From assembly GCA_043805415.1 (NCBI GenBank), contig JAZDHZ010000033.1, forward strand, positions 89,600 to 153,599: a stretch of 64,000 nucleotides of DNA, given 5' to 3'. The position numbers and the translations under genes are program-made. Position 1 is the stretch's first letter, and the number at the start of each line of letters is the position of its first letter. This stretch comes from Candidatus Omnitrophota bacterium. Its GTDB lineage: Bacteria; Omnitrophota; Gorgyraeia; B26-G9. The notes below the pieces were generated by a model. It saw only the letters and a program-made list of their open reading frames with translations. It made no database searches and was not told the DNA's origin. Shown here piece by piece: positions 15,186 through 23,732 of the stretch.

Positions 15186-16766
15186 ATGGAAAAAGGATAT
15201 CTTTGTATTGTTTTACATGGGCATTTACCTTTTGTTCGTCATCCTGAGCACGCGAATTTCTTAGAAGAAGAATGGCTTTACGAGGCTATAACTGAGACAT
15301 ATATTCCATTGCTTAGTATATTTGATAAGTTGATAGAAGACGGAGTTAATTTTCGGATTACCATGGGTGTATCTCCGCCATTAATATCAATGCTTCTTGA
15401 TCCTTTATTGCAGCATCGTTACATAATGCATATAGAGAAATTAATCGAATTGGCAAGTCGTGAGGTTGAAAGAACAAGATGGCAGCCGGAATTTAATAAG
15501 CTGGCTTTAATGTATCTAAGTAAATTTAATCTTGCCCGATATTATTTTGCCGAAAAACACCGGGGAAATCTTTTAGAGGCATTTAAAAGAATTCAGGATG
15601 CCGGAAGATTAGACATCATGACTTGCGGCGCTACGCATGGGTTTTTCCCATTGATGGATACATGTAGAGATTCAATTCGGGCACAGGTAAGAGCCGCGGT
15701 TGAGCAATATAAAAAAGTATTTCAGCGTCAACCAAAGGGCATTTGGCTGCCTGAGTGTGGATATCATCCTGGTGACGATGAAATCCTGCGGGAAAACGGA
15801 TTAAGATATTTCTTTAGTGATACCCATGGGGTACTTCATGGTACTCCGCGGCCCAAATATGGTGTTTTTGCTCCGGTTTTTTGTAAGTCCGGAGTTGCTT
15901 GCTTTGGACGGGATCTGGAGTCTTCAAAACAGGTTTGGAGCGCTAAGCAGGGATATCCTGGAGATTACAATTACCGGGAATTCTATCGGGATATTGGTTT
16001 TGATCTTGATTTTGATTATATAAAACCGTATATTCATCCAGATGGAATCAGAACAAATACAGGAATAAAATACTATCGGATTACCGGGGAAACCGATAAT
16101 AAACAGCCGTACAATCAAGATGTTGCTATGCAAACAGCGGCATCGCACGCGTCTAATTTTATGTTCAACCGGGAAAAACAGGCGGAGTATGTGAAGGACA
16201 TAATAAAAAGAAAACCGATTATTGTCGCTCCCTATGACGCGGAGTTATTTGGACACTGGTGGTATGAAGGCCCGGATTGGCTTAATTTTTTAATTAGAAA
16301 AATTGCTTTTGATCAAAAAAATATCAAACTTATTTCGCCATCGGATTACTTAGATGAATATCCGAAAAATCAAGTTATTACACCTTCACTTTCCAGTTGG
16401 GGATATAAAGGTTATGCCGAGTTTTGGCTGGAAGGTTCAAATGCCTGGGTTTACAGGCATTTACATAAAGCTTCTGAGCGGATGAGTGAATTAGTTAAGC
16501 TTTATCCCAATGCCGGCGGTTTGACGCTTAGGGCGCTGAACCAGGCTTTGCGTGAAGTATTACTTGCCCAAAGTTCTGACTGGGCTTTTATTATGAAAAC
16601 CGGGACACATGTTTCTTATGCTGTGGATAGAACCAAAAAACATGTGCTTAATTTTACAAAATTATACAATCAGATAAAGGCAGATAATATTAAAGAACAG
16701 TGGCTGAGTGAAATTGAGTCAAAAGATAATATATTTCCTGACATTGATTATCATTACCATTCTTAA
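15186..16766 (+). CDS. GH57-family 1,4-alpha-glucan branching enzyme
   Basis: LHGHLPFVRHPE at the N-terminus, nucleophile region IWLPECGY, acid/base region APYDAELFGHWWYEG. The C-terminal helical region resembles Thermus/Thermococcus GH57 branching enzymes; 526 aa. Confidence 0.8.
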   Translation: MEKGYLCIVLHGHLPFVRHPEHANFLEEEWLYEAITETYIPLLSIFDKLIEDGVNFRITMGVSPPLISMLLDPLLQHRYIMHIEKLIELASREVERTRWQPEFNKLALMYLSKFNLARYYFAEKHRGNLLEAFKRIQDAGRLDIMTCGATHGFFPLMDTCRDSIRAQVRAAVEQYKKVFQRQPKGIWLPECGYHPGDDEILRENGLRYFFSDTHGVLHGTPRPKYGVFAPVFCKSGVACFGRDLESSKQVWSAKQGYPGDYNYREFYRDIGFDLDFDYIKPYIHPDGIRTNTGIKYYRITGETDNKQPYNQDVAMQTAASHASNFMFNREKQAEYVKDIIKRKPIIVAPYDAELFGHWWYEGPDWLNFLIRKIAFDQKNIKLISPSDYLDEYPKNQVITPSLSSWGYKGYAEFWLEGSNAWVYRHLHKASERMSELVKLYPNAGGLTLRALNQALREVLLAQSSDWAFIMKTGTHVSYAVDRTKKHVLNFTKLYNQIKADNIKEQWLSEIESKDNIFPDIDYHYHS

Positions 16767-16770
16767 AAAC

Positions 16771-16968
16771 AAAAGCAGTTATGAATTACTAGTTATGAGT
16801 TACGAGTGAAAAGCAAAGAGCTGAAACAGTTCGTAAAGGCCAAAGGTCAATATTCAATAGCTAATGGTCGATAGAAAAAAAAGAAAGAAAAAAGCATATT
16901 GAATTATTTATCATTTAGTGTTTTTTCGCGATACGCGATACGCGCGACGCAATACAGAAAACAGAAGA
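16771..16968. repeat. mosaic tandem-heptamer 3'-UTR element, copy C
   Basis: Lies 5 nt after the GH57 stop. AGTTATG AATTACT AGTTATG AGTTACG AGTGAAA (16777-16811). AGCAAAGAGCTGAAACAGTTCGTAAAG module, shared with copy A. GGTCAAT ATTCAAT AGCTAAT GGTCGAT (16845-16872). CGCGATA CGCGATA CGCGCGA CGCAATA CAGAAAA CAGAAGA (16927-16968), shared with copy B. Confidence 0.85.
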
Positions 16969-16997
16969 CAAATGTTTTCTGTTTTCTTTAGTTTTTT
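16956..16997 (+). terminator. intrinsic terminator at the end of repeat copy C
   Basis: AGAAAACAGAAGAC (16956-16969) pairs with GTTTTCTGTTTTCT (16974-16987), about 14 bp including one G-U pair. TTAGTTTTTT follows. Confidence 0.65.
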
Positions 16998-17014
16998 GAA
17001 AAGGCGGAGATAAA

Positions 17015-17740
17015 GTGACTGCTAAAAATCAGGTTCCCCAGCATATCGCGATTATAATGGACGGCAATGGACGCTGGGCAAAAAAAAGAAGATTACCGCG
17101 GATTGCCGGCCATAGCCGGGGTGCTGAGGTTATAAAATCTATTGTCCAATCTTGCGATAAAATCGGGGTTAAATATTTAACTCTGTATACCTTTTCTACG
17201 GAAAACTGGAAAAGACCAGAGCAGGAAGTTAACTTTCTTATGCAGCTTTTAAGCGGATTTCTGTTCAAAGAAATCCAGCATTTAGTAAATGAAAATATTA
17301 AATTCTTGACTATTGGCAGGACTGAGCATTTACCGAAAAAAGCGCAGGAAGTTATTGCCTTGGCAAAGGCAAGGACTAAAGATAATACGGGCATAACTTT
17401 GATCCTGGCTTTGAATTACGGAGGCAGATCAGAGATTATTGATGCTGCCTTAAAATTATACGCGGATATTGAAAGCGGCAAAGTTCTTTTAGATAAGGTT
17501 AATGAAAAAGTGTTTTCCAATTATTTGTACACAGCCGGGATTCCTGATCCGGATTTATTGATCCGCACAAGCGGAGAAATGCGTATAAGTAATTTCTTGC
17601 TCTGGCAGTTATCCTACAGCGAGTTTTATGTTACGGAAAAGTTTTGGCCGGATTTTGATGAAACCGAACTCAAACTAGCGATTAATAGCTACCAAAAAAG
17701 AAAACGTCGTTTTGGCGGCATTGCGCATAAAAAAGGATAG
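17015..17740 (+). CDS. uppS: undecaprenyl diphosphate synthase (isoprenyl transferase)
   Basis: HIAIIMDGNGRWA, ENWKRP and LIRTSGEMRISNFLLWQ motifs; GTG start after a GGCGGAG Shine-Dalgarno. Confidence 0.9.
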   Translation: MTAKNQVPQHIAIIMDGNGRWAKKRRLPRIAGHSRGAEVIKSIVQSCDKIGVKYLTLYTFSTENWKRPEQEVNFLMQLLSGFLFKEIQHLVNENIKFLTIGRTEHLPKKAQEVIALAKARTKDNTGITLILALNYGGRSEIIDAALKLYADIESGKVLLDKVNEKVFSNYLYTAGIPDPDLLIRTSGEMRISNFLLWQLSYSEFYVTEKFWPDFDETELKLAINSYQKRKRRFGGIAHKKG

Positions 17741-17749
17741 AGTATCGCG

Positions 17750-18565
17750 ATGAATGCAATAACAAAGCGGGTTGTAACAGCAATTCTAATTATTTTATTT
17801 GTGGGATTAGGATTGTTTTTTTTGCCAGGATGGTTTTACGCGCTGGTGGTAATTTTATTAATCGGCGGCGGCTTAAATGAATTCTATGAATTAATTGAAA
17901 AAAAAGGGATTTTTATTTATAAATATTTCGGCATTTTTGTCGGGATTATTATTCCTTTAAGTATATATTTTCAATTTGAAACAACTAAAGGCTGGGAGCT
18001 GCTGTTTATAGTGACTTCCACTTTAATTTTCTTTGTTTTGCAGTTTATTCGTAAAGACAGTTCTCAGGCGATTGTGGGCATTTCTACAACACTTTTCGGA
18101 ATATTCTATGTTAGTTGGTTTCTTTCTTTTTTAATAAAAATAAGATTTTTGCCTTATGGAACTTTGCTGGCTGCTTTTCTTTTGCTGGTTACCAAGATGG
18201 GAGATGTTGGCGCTTATTTAGTCGGAAAGAGTCTGGGCAAACATACTCTAATTCCGAGAATTAGTCCGAAGAAAACTTTAGAAGGTTCATTCGGCGGACT
18301 GATTTTTAGTTTGCTTGCCGCGGGAATAAGTAAATTGTATCTGCCGTTTATCTCAATGCTGCATTTGTTGGCAATGGGCGCTTTGCTTGGTTTTCTTGCC
18401 CAGTTGGGAGATCTTTGTGAATCACTGATAAAACGAGATTGCCAAGTAAAAGACAGCGGAGACCGTTTGCCGGGGCTAGGGGGAATTCTCGATATTATTG
18501 ATAGTATTATTTTTACCGCGCCAATATTTTATTACTATTTAATTTATTTTAAATTAACTCCTTAA
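17750..18565 (+). CDS. cdsA: phosphatidate cytidylyltransferase
   Basis: Polytopic membrane protein with the CDS signature SLIKRDCQVKDSGDRLPGLGGILDIIDS. Conserved uppS-cdsA-dxr order. Confidence 0.85.
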   Translation: MNAITKRVVTAILIILFVGLGLFFLPGWFYALVVILLIGGGLNEFYELIEKKGIFIYKYFGIFVGIIIPLSIYFQFETTKGWELLFIVTSTLIFFVLQFIRKDSSQAIVGISTTLFGIFYVSWFLSFLIKIRFLPYGTLLAAFLLLVTKMGDVGAYLVGKSLGKHTLIPRISPKKTLEGSFGGLIFSLLAAGISKLYLPFISMLHLLAMGALLGFLAQLGDLCESLIKRDCQVKDSGDRLPGLGGILDIIDSIIFTAPIFYYYLIYFKLTP

Positions 18566-18569
18566 AACC

Positions 18570-19724
18570 ATGAAAAATATCGCAATCCTCGGCTCAACTG
18601 GTTCAATTGGCACAAATGCTTTAAAAATTGTCCAAAGCCGGCCAAAAGATTTTAATGTTATCGGGATTAGCGGTTATAGTAATGTTCGGTTGCTTGCTCG
18701 GCAGATCAAGGAATTTAGCCCGGAAATTGTCAGTGTTAAAGATGAGGCTGTTATCAGTAAGCTTGAGAAGTTAGTTAGGCTTAAAGGGATAAAAGTATAT
18801 CCGCAGCAAATCGGGCTAGATAAGATTGCTACAAACGCGAAAGTTAAGACACTGCTTGTGGCTACTTCTGGGATTGTAAGCCTGAAACCGACATTAGAGG
18901 CTATTGAAAGAGGAAAAACAATTGCTTTGGCTAATAAGGAACCATTGGTTATGGCCGGGCAGATTGTAATGGAAAGAATAAAAAAAACCAAAGGAAGCAT
19001 TATTCCGGTTGATTCAGAACATAGCGCGATTTTTCAATGTTTAAAACAGGAAGCGATAACTAAACTTAGGCGGATTTATCTTACAGGCAGCGGCGGTCCG
19101 TTTAGAAAATTTAAAAAGAATCAGTTGGCAGAAGTTAGTTTGTCCATGGCTTTAAACCACCCTAAATGGAAAATGGGCAAAAAAATTACAATTGACTCCG
19201 CGACCTTAATGAATAAGGGCCTGGAATTAATTGAAGCTTGCTGGCTTTTTGATGTTGCTCCTGAGAAAATTGAAGTGATAATTCATCCGGAAGCGGTAAT
19301 TCATTCTATGGTTGAATTTTGCGATCGCTCTATAATCGCCCAGTTGGGAATTACTGATATGCGATTGCCGATACAATATGCTTTTGATTATCCTCAAAGG
19401 ATAGCAAATAACTTACCGTCAATTGATTTTTTAAAAACAAAAGCATTAACTTTTTTTAAGCCGGATATAGATAATTTTCCTTGCTTGGCGATTGCCAAAC
19501 AAGTCGCGGTAAAAGGCGGCAGCAGCGGCGCGGTTATGAACGCGGCAAACGAAATTGCCGTACAAGCGTTTTTGTCGGAAAAAATTAAATTTATTGAAAT
19601 ATCAAAAGTAGTCGCGAGTGTGTTAAAGAAACACAATTTTATTAAACAACCTGTGCTTGATGAGATCTTTAAGTTAGACGTTTGGGCACGAAGGGAGGCA
19701 GAATTACTTTGTTATCAACATTAG
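18570..19724 (+). CDS. dxr: 1-deoxy-D-xylulose-5-phosphate reductoisomerase
   Basis: ILGSTGSIGTNAL NADPH motif, LANKE, PVDSEHSAIFQCL, HPKWKMGKKITIDSATLMNKGLE. Confidence 0.9.
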   Translation: MKNIAILGSTGSIGTNALKIVQSRPKDFNVIGISGYSNVRLLARQIKEFSPEIVSVKDEAVISKLEKLVRLKGIKVYPQQIGLDKIATNAKVKTLLVATSGIVSLKPTLEAIERGKTIALANKEPLVMAGQIVMERIKKTKGSIIPVDSEHSAIFQCLKQEAITKLRRIYLTGSGGPFRKFKKNQLAEVSLSMALNHPKWKMGKKITIDSATLMNKGLELIEACWLFDVAPEKIEVIIHPEAVIHSMVEFCDRSIIAQLGITDMRLPIQYAFDYPQRIANNLPSIDFLKTKALTFFKPDIDNFPCLAIAKQVAVKGGSSGAVMNAANEIAVQAFLSEKIKFIEISKVVASVLKKHNFIKQPVLDEIFKLDVWARREAELLCYQH

Positions 19725-20806
19725 TATCAGCATTGGCATTTCTATTTGTACTGGGAGTACTGGTTTTTGTCCATGAGTTTGGACATTTTATTGTAGCGAA
19801 AATGGTAAAAGTCAGAGTAGAAATTTTTTCTATTGGGTTTGGCAAAAAACTTTGGTCTTTTAAAAAGGGAGATACTGAATATAGAATTTCGATATTTCCT
19901 TTTGGCGGTTATGTTAAGCCGGCAGGGGAAAATCCGGAAGAAGAAAGAAAAGGTGAACCTTGGGAGTTTCTTTCCAAATCCGTGGGAGAACGGGCGGCAA
20001 TAATTGCTGCAGGTCCTATATTTAATTATATTTGCGCTTTTCTCTTGTTAATTCTGGTTTATTTTGTCGGGGTCCCGAATCTTACCGCTACAATCGGCAT
20101 GGTAAAAGAAAACTATCCTGCTGCTCAGGCTGGATTAAAAGAAAATGATAAAATCATTTCTATTGATGGCAAGCGGGTGAAGTTTTGGGATGAGCTTTCT
20201 GCTGCTATCCATGAAAAGACAGAGCAAAAACCAGTGGAAATTCAAGTTCAAAGACAAGGGCAAATGTTTGCGGTTTTTGTTATTCCCCAAGTTGAAACAA
20301 TTAAAACTCTCTTAGGTGAAGATAAAAAAATCGCGCTTATTGGCATCGGTCCATCTGATGATGTTGAGGTTATAAAGTACGGTTTTGTCGGGTCAATATC
20401 TGAGGCAGCTAAGCAAGTAGTGTTTAGAACAAAAATGATATTTTTCGCGCTTTATCAGATGGCATCCGGCAAAATATCTCCGCGGGAGGTAGCTGGTCCG
20501 GTGGGAATATTTCAGATTACCGGACGTGCCGCTCAACTGGGGTTTATTTATCTTTTAGATCTGATGGCTCTGTTAAGTATTAATCTGGCAATTATAAATT
20601 TATTTCCGATTCCGGTTTTAGACGGAGGGCATCTTTTGTTTCTTGCTTGGGAAAAACTGCGCGGCAAAGCAGCCAGTCTTAAGGTGCAGGAGATTGCGAC
20701 GCGGATAGGCTTTTCAATGTTAATGCTTTTAATGGTAGCTGTTTTGTTTAATGATTTAAACCGGATTGGTTTATTTGAAAAGATATTCGGTCTTTTTTTT
20801 AGATGA
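19709..20806 (+). CDS. rseP: RIP site-2 metalloprotease RseP (M50)
   Basis: HEFGHF zinc motif, central PDZ region, NLFPIPVLDGGH motif. I prefer the TTG at 19709 to the listed TTG at 19682, because an AGGGAGG Shine-Dalgarno at 19690-19697 lies inside the listed 5' extension. Confidence 0.8.
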   Translation: MLSTLVSALAFLFVLGVLVFVHEFGHFIVAKMVKVRVEIFSIGFGKKLWSFKKGDTEYRISIFPFGGYVKPAGENPEEERKGEPWEFLSKSVGERAAIIAAGPIFNYICAFLLLILVYFVGVPNLTATIGMVKENYPAAQAGLKENDKIISIDGKRVKFWDELSAAIHEKTEQKPVEIQVQRQGQMFAVFVIPQVETIKTLLGEDKKIALIGIGPSDDVEVIKYGFVGSISEAAKQVVFRTKMIFFALYQMASGKISPREVAGPVGIFQITGRAAQLGFIYLLDLMALLSINLAIINLFPIPVLDGGHLLFLAWEKLRGKAASLKVQEIATRIGFSMLMLLMVAVLFNDLNRIGLFEKIFGLFFR

Positions 20807-20825
20807 TTAAACTTTGGGGTTTGCA

Positions 20826-21887
20826 ATGAAAATAAAGCGCAGGAAATCTAGAAAGATATTTGTCGGCAGTGTTGCTATCGGCGGTAATAGCCCGATTACA
20901 ATCCAATCGATGACATCTACGGATACTAAAGATATAAAGGCTACGGTTCGGCAAATAAAAGCGCTTGAGCTTGCCGGAGTACAAATTATCAGAGTTGCTG
21001 TTCTTGATAGTGATGCCGCTATAGCAATTAGTAAAATTAAGAAAAAAATAAACATCCCGATTGTCGCGGATATTCATTTTGATTATCGACTGGCTTTGTT
21101 GGCTATAGAAAACGGGGCAGATAAAATAAGATTAAATCCGGGTAATATTGAAAAGCCTTGGCAGATTGAAGCAGTTTTAAAAGCAGCGATTAAAAATAAA
21201 GTACCAATTAGAATCGGCTTGAATTCCGGTTCAGTAAAAAGAACTAAAAAGAACATTGTTGATGATATGATCGCGGCCGCGGTTTCTTATGAAAAAATAT
21301 TTAAAAAGTATAATTTCAAAGACATGATTTTTTCTTTTAAGACCCATGATGTTTTATCCACCATAGAAGCGTATCGCAAATTCGCGAAATTAAACGATGT
21401 TCCGCTTCATTTAGGGGTTACTTCCGCGGGCCTTGAAGCCAGCGGCTTGGTGAAATCAAGCATTGGTATCGGCGCATTGCTGCTGGAAGGGATCGGCGAT
21501 ACCTTAAGGGTTTCTTTAACCGCTGATCCGATTAAGGAAGTTCAAGCCGGAAAAAATATATTGTCAGCTTTAGGATTACGTTCTGAGGGCATAGAAATTA
21601 TTTCCTGTCCCACCTGCGGACGTTGTACAATTAATCTGATAGAAGTTGTCGAACAAGCTGTAAAAGCGTTTGAACCCTTACAAAAGAAATATGCCAACCG
21701 GAAACTGAAAGTAGCGCTTATGGGCTGTATAGTTAATGGCCCAGGAGAAGCGCGGGAAGCTGATATCGGCATTGCGTGGGGCGGAAAGTCGGGCATATTA
21801 TTTAAAAAAGGAAAAAAAATAAAAAACATTGATAAGCACGCATTAATAAAAACATTGGTCGCGGAGGTTGAAAATGAAGTGGTCTGA
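20826..21887 (+). CDS. ispG: 4-hydroxy-3-methylbut-2-en-1-yl diphosphate synthase
   Basis: VGSVAIGGNSPITIQSMT, RVAV, IVADIHF, and C-terminal SCPTCGRC ... GCIVNGPGE Fe-S motifs. ATG at 20826 preferred over the TTG at 20814. Confidence 0.9.
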   Translation: MKIKRRKSRKIFVGSVAIGGNSPITIQSMTSTDTKDIKATVRQIKALELAGVQIIRVAVLDSDAAIAISKIKKKINIPIVADIHFDYRLALLAIENGADKIRLNPGNIEKPWQIEAVLKAAIKNKVPIRIGLNSGSVKRTKKNIVDDMIAAAVSYEKIFKKYNFKDMIFSFKTHDVLSTIEAYRKFAKLNDVPLHLGVTSAGLEASGLVKSSIGIGALLLEGIGDTLRVSLTADPIKEVQAGKNILSALGLRSEGIEIISCPTCGRCTINLIEVVEQAVKAFEPLQKKYANRKLKVALMGCIVNGPGEAREADIGIAWGGKSGILFKKGKKIKNIDKHALIKTLVAEVENEVV

Positions 21888-23595
21888 GCTATTGCTGCCT
21901 ACACTTAAAGAAGTGCCCTCAGAGGCAGAGGCGATAAGCCATATCCTAATGATCAGAGCTGGGCTGATCCGCAAGCTTACCTCAGGGGTGTATTCATATT
22001 TACCTGTGGGTTTGCGGGTATTAGCCAAAGTGGAAAATATAATTCGCCAGGAAATGAACAAAAAAGGGGCGCAGCAATTACTCCTGCCGGCGATTCAGCC
22101 TGCTGAATTATGGCAAAAAAGCGGACGGTTTGAAGCTTTAGGGCAAGACATGATAACATTTACTGACCGGCATAAAAAGCTGAATGTTCTTGGCCCGACG
22201 CATGAGGAGGTAATTACCTCGCTTGTAAAAAATGAGGTTAATTCTTACCGGCAGCTGCCGCTTATTTTATACCAAATACAGACAAAATTCCGCGATGAAG
22301 CGCGCCCGCGTTTTGGCATAATCCGTTCGCGTGAATTTATTATGAAAGACGCGTATAGCTTTGATCGAGATATTGAAGGGCTGGGTAAAAGCTATGATAA
22401 AATGTATGATGCTTATTGCCGCATCTTTGAACGCTGCGGATTAAATTTTGTTCCAGTTGAAGCAGATACAGGAATTATGGGTGGCGACGCGTCGCATGAG
22501 TTTATGGTTTTAGCTGACAGCGGTGAAGATAAAATTGTTCAATGTGAAAAATGTTCATATGCCGCAAGCCTAGATAAAGCCGAGTGCCTGCGTCTAAAAG
22601 ACACAGGACACAAGACACAAGACACAAGAAAAGAAGAGCCGGAGGAGGTAAGTACTCCGGGTGTAAGTAGTGTTGAAGATGTTGCTGAATTTCTAAATAT
22701 TCCGATCACTAGATTAATTAAAACAATGATTTATCTGGCTGATGGAAAACCAGTAGCTGTTTTAGTTCGTGGTGACCACGAGATCAATGAAGTAAAATTA
22801 TCCAAAGTATTAAAAGCTGCTCACTTAGAAATGGCTGCTCCTGGGATTATCGAAAAAGTAACAAAAGGGCCGATTGGTTTTAGCGGTCCAGTTGGCTTAA
22901 AGGACATTGATATTTACGCGGATTATGCTATTGAAGGAGCTGGTGATGTAGTTGTTGGAGCAAATAAAGCGGATACGCATACTCAGAATGTTGATATTGT
23001 CCGCGACGTAAAAATCAATAAATGGGCTGATATTCGCAGCATTACAGATAAAGATAAATGTCCGAGATGCGGCGCTGATATTAAAATTAAACTGGCTATT
23101 GAAGTGGGGCATGTTTTTAAATTAGGCGCGAAATATACAGACAGTCTTGGAGCAACTTTTCTTGATGAACAGGGTAAAGCTAATTCAATTATTATGGGTT
23201 GTTATGGGATTGGCGTGACTAGAATTATTGCTGCTTTTATCGAACAGAATTTTGATCAGAATGGAATTATTTGGTCAAAAGAAATAACTCCTTTCCAAGT
23301 CTTAGTCATGCCGCTTAATACAGAAGATCTGCCGAGTATGAAGATTGCTGAATCTATTTATGAACAATTGCTTAAAAAAAATGTCGAGGTACTTTTAGAT
23401 GATCGAAACTTAAGAGCAGGAATAAAATTCAAAGACGCGGATTTAATTGGTATTCCGCTGCAGGTTGTTATTGGGCAAAAGAATATCAGTCGAAATGTTA
23501 TTGAGTTAAAGGTCCGCAGCAGCGGTGAAAGACAAGAAGTTTCTATAGATGAGGCAATTAGTAAGATCATTGATCTGGTTTTAAATAATAACTAA
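21874..23595 (+). CDS. proS: prolyl-tRNA synthetase (bacterial type with INS domain)
   Basis: Class II motifs (FRDEARPRFGIIRSREFIMKDAYSF; GCYGIGVTR) and a C-terminal anticodon-binding domain. ATG at 21874 lies 6 nt after a GGAGG Shine-Dalgarno and overlaps the ispG end by 14 nt. Confidence 0.9.
   Translation: MKWSELLLPTLKEVPSEAEAISHILMIRAGLIRKLTSGVYSYLPVGLRVLAKVENIIRQEMNKKGAQQLLLPAIQPAELWQKSGRFEALGQDMITFTDRHKKLNVLGPTHEEVITSLVKNEVNSYRQLPLILYQIQTKFRDEARPRFGIIRSREFIMKDAYSFDRDIEGLGKSYDKMYDAYCRIFERCGLNFVPVEADTGIMGGDASHEFMVLADSGEDKIVQCEKCSYAASLDKAECLRLKDTGHKTQDTRKEEPEEVSTPGVSSVEDVAEFLNIPITRLIKTMIYLADGKPVAVLVRGDHEINEVKLSKVLKAAHLEMAAPGIIEKVTKGPIGFSGPVGLKDIDIYADYAIEGAGDVVVGANKADTHTQNVDIVRDVKINKWADIRSITDKDKCPRCGADIKIKLAIEVGHVFKLGAKYTDSLGATFLDEQGKANSIIMGCYGIGVTRIIAAFIEQNFDQNGIIWSKEITPFQVLVMPLNTEDLPSMKIAESIYEQLLKKNVEVLLDDRNLRAGIKFKDADLIGIPLQVVIGQKNISRNVIELKVRSSGERQEVSIDEAISKIIDLVLNNN
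22600..22627. repeat. tandem heptamer (GACACAG GACACAA x3) inside proS
   Basis: GACACAGGACACAAGACACAAGACACAA read directly from the sequence. It encodes part of KDTGHKTQDTRKEE. Confidence 0.85.
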
Positions 23596-23637
23596 AACCT
23601 AAAACATAAAAAAAATAATATAACTGGCAAAAATAGC

Positions 23638-23666
23638 TTGACATATAATTTTGTTTATAATAAAAT
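23638..23666 (+). promoter_or_regulatory. sigma70-type promoter of the pilus operon
   Basis: TTGACA (23638-23643), 17-nt spacer, TAAAAT (23661-23666). Confidence 0.5.
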
Positions 23667-23732
23667 TAAATAGTAACAGAAATATCCTTTAAGGGTGAAA
23701 TGGATTTTCACAAACATAAATGGATTTAAATT

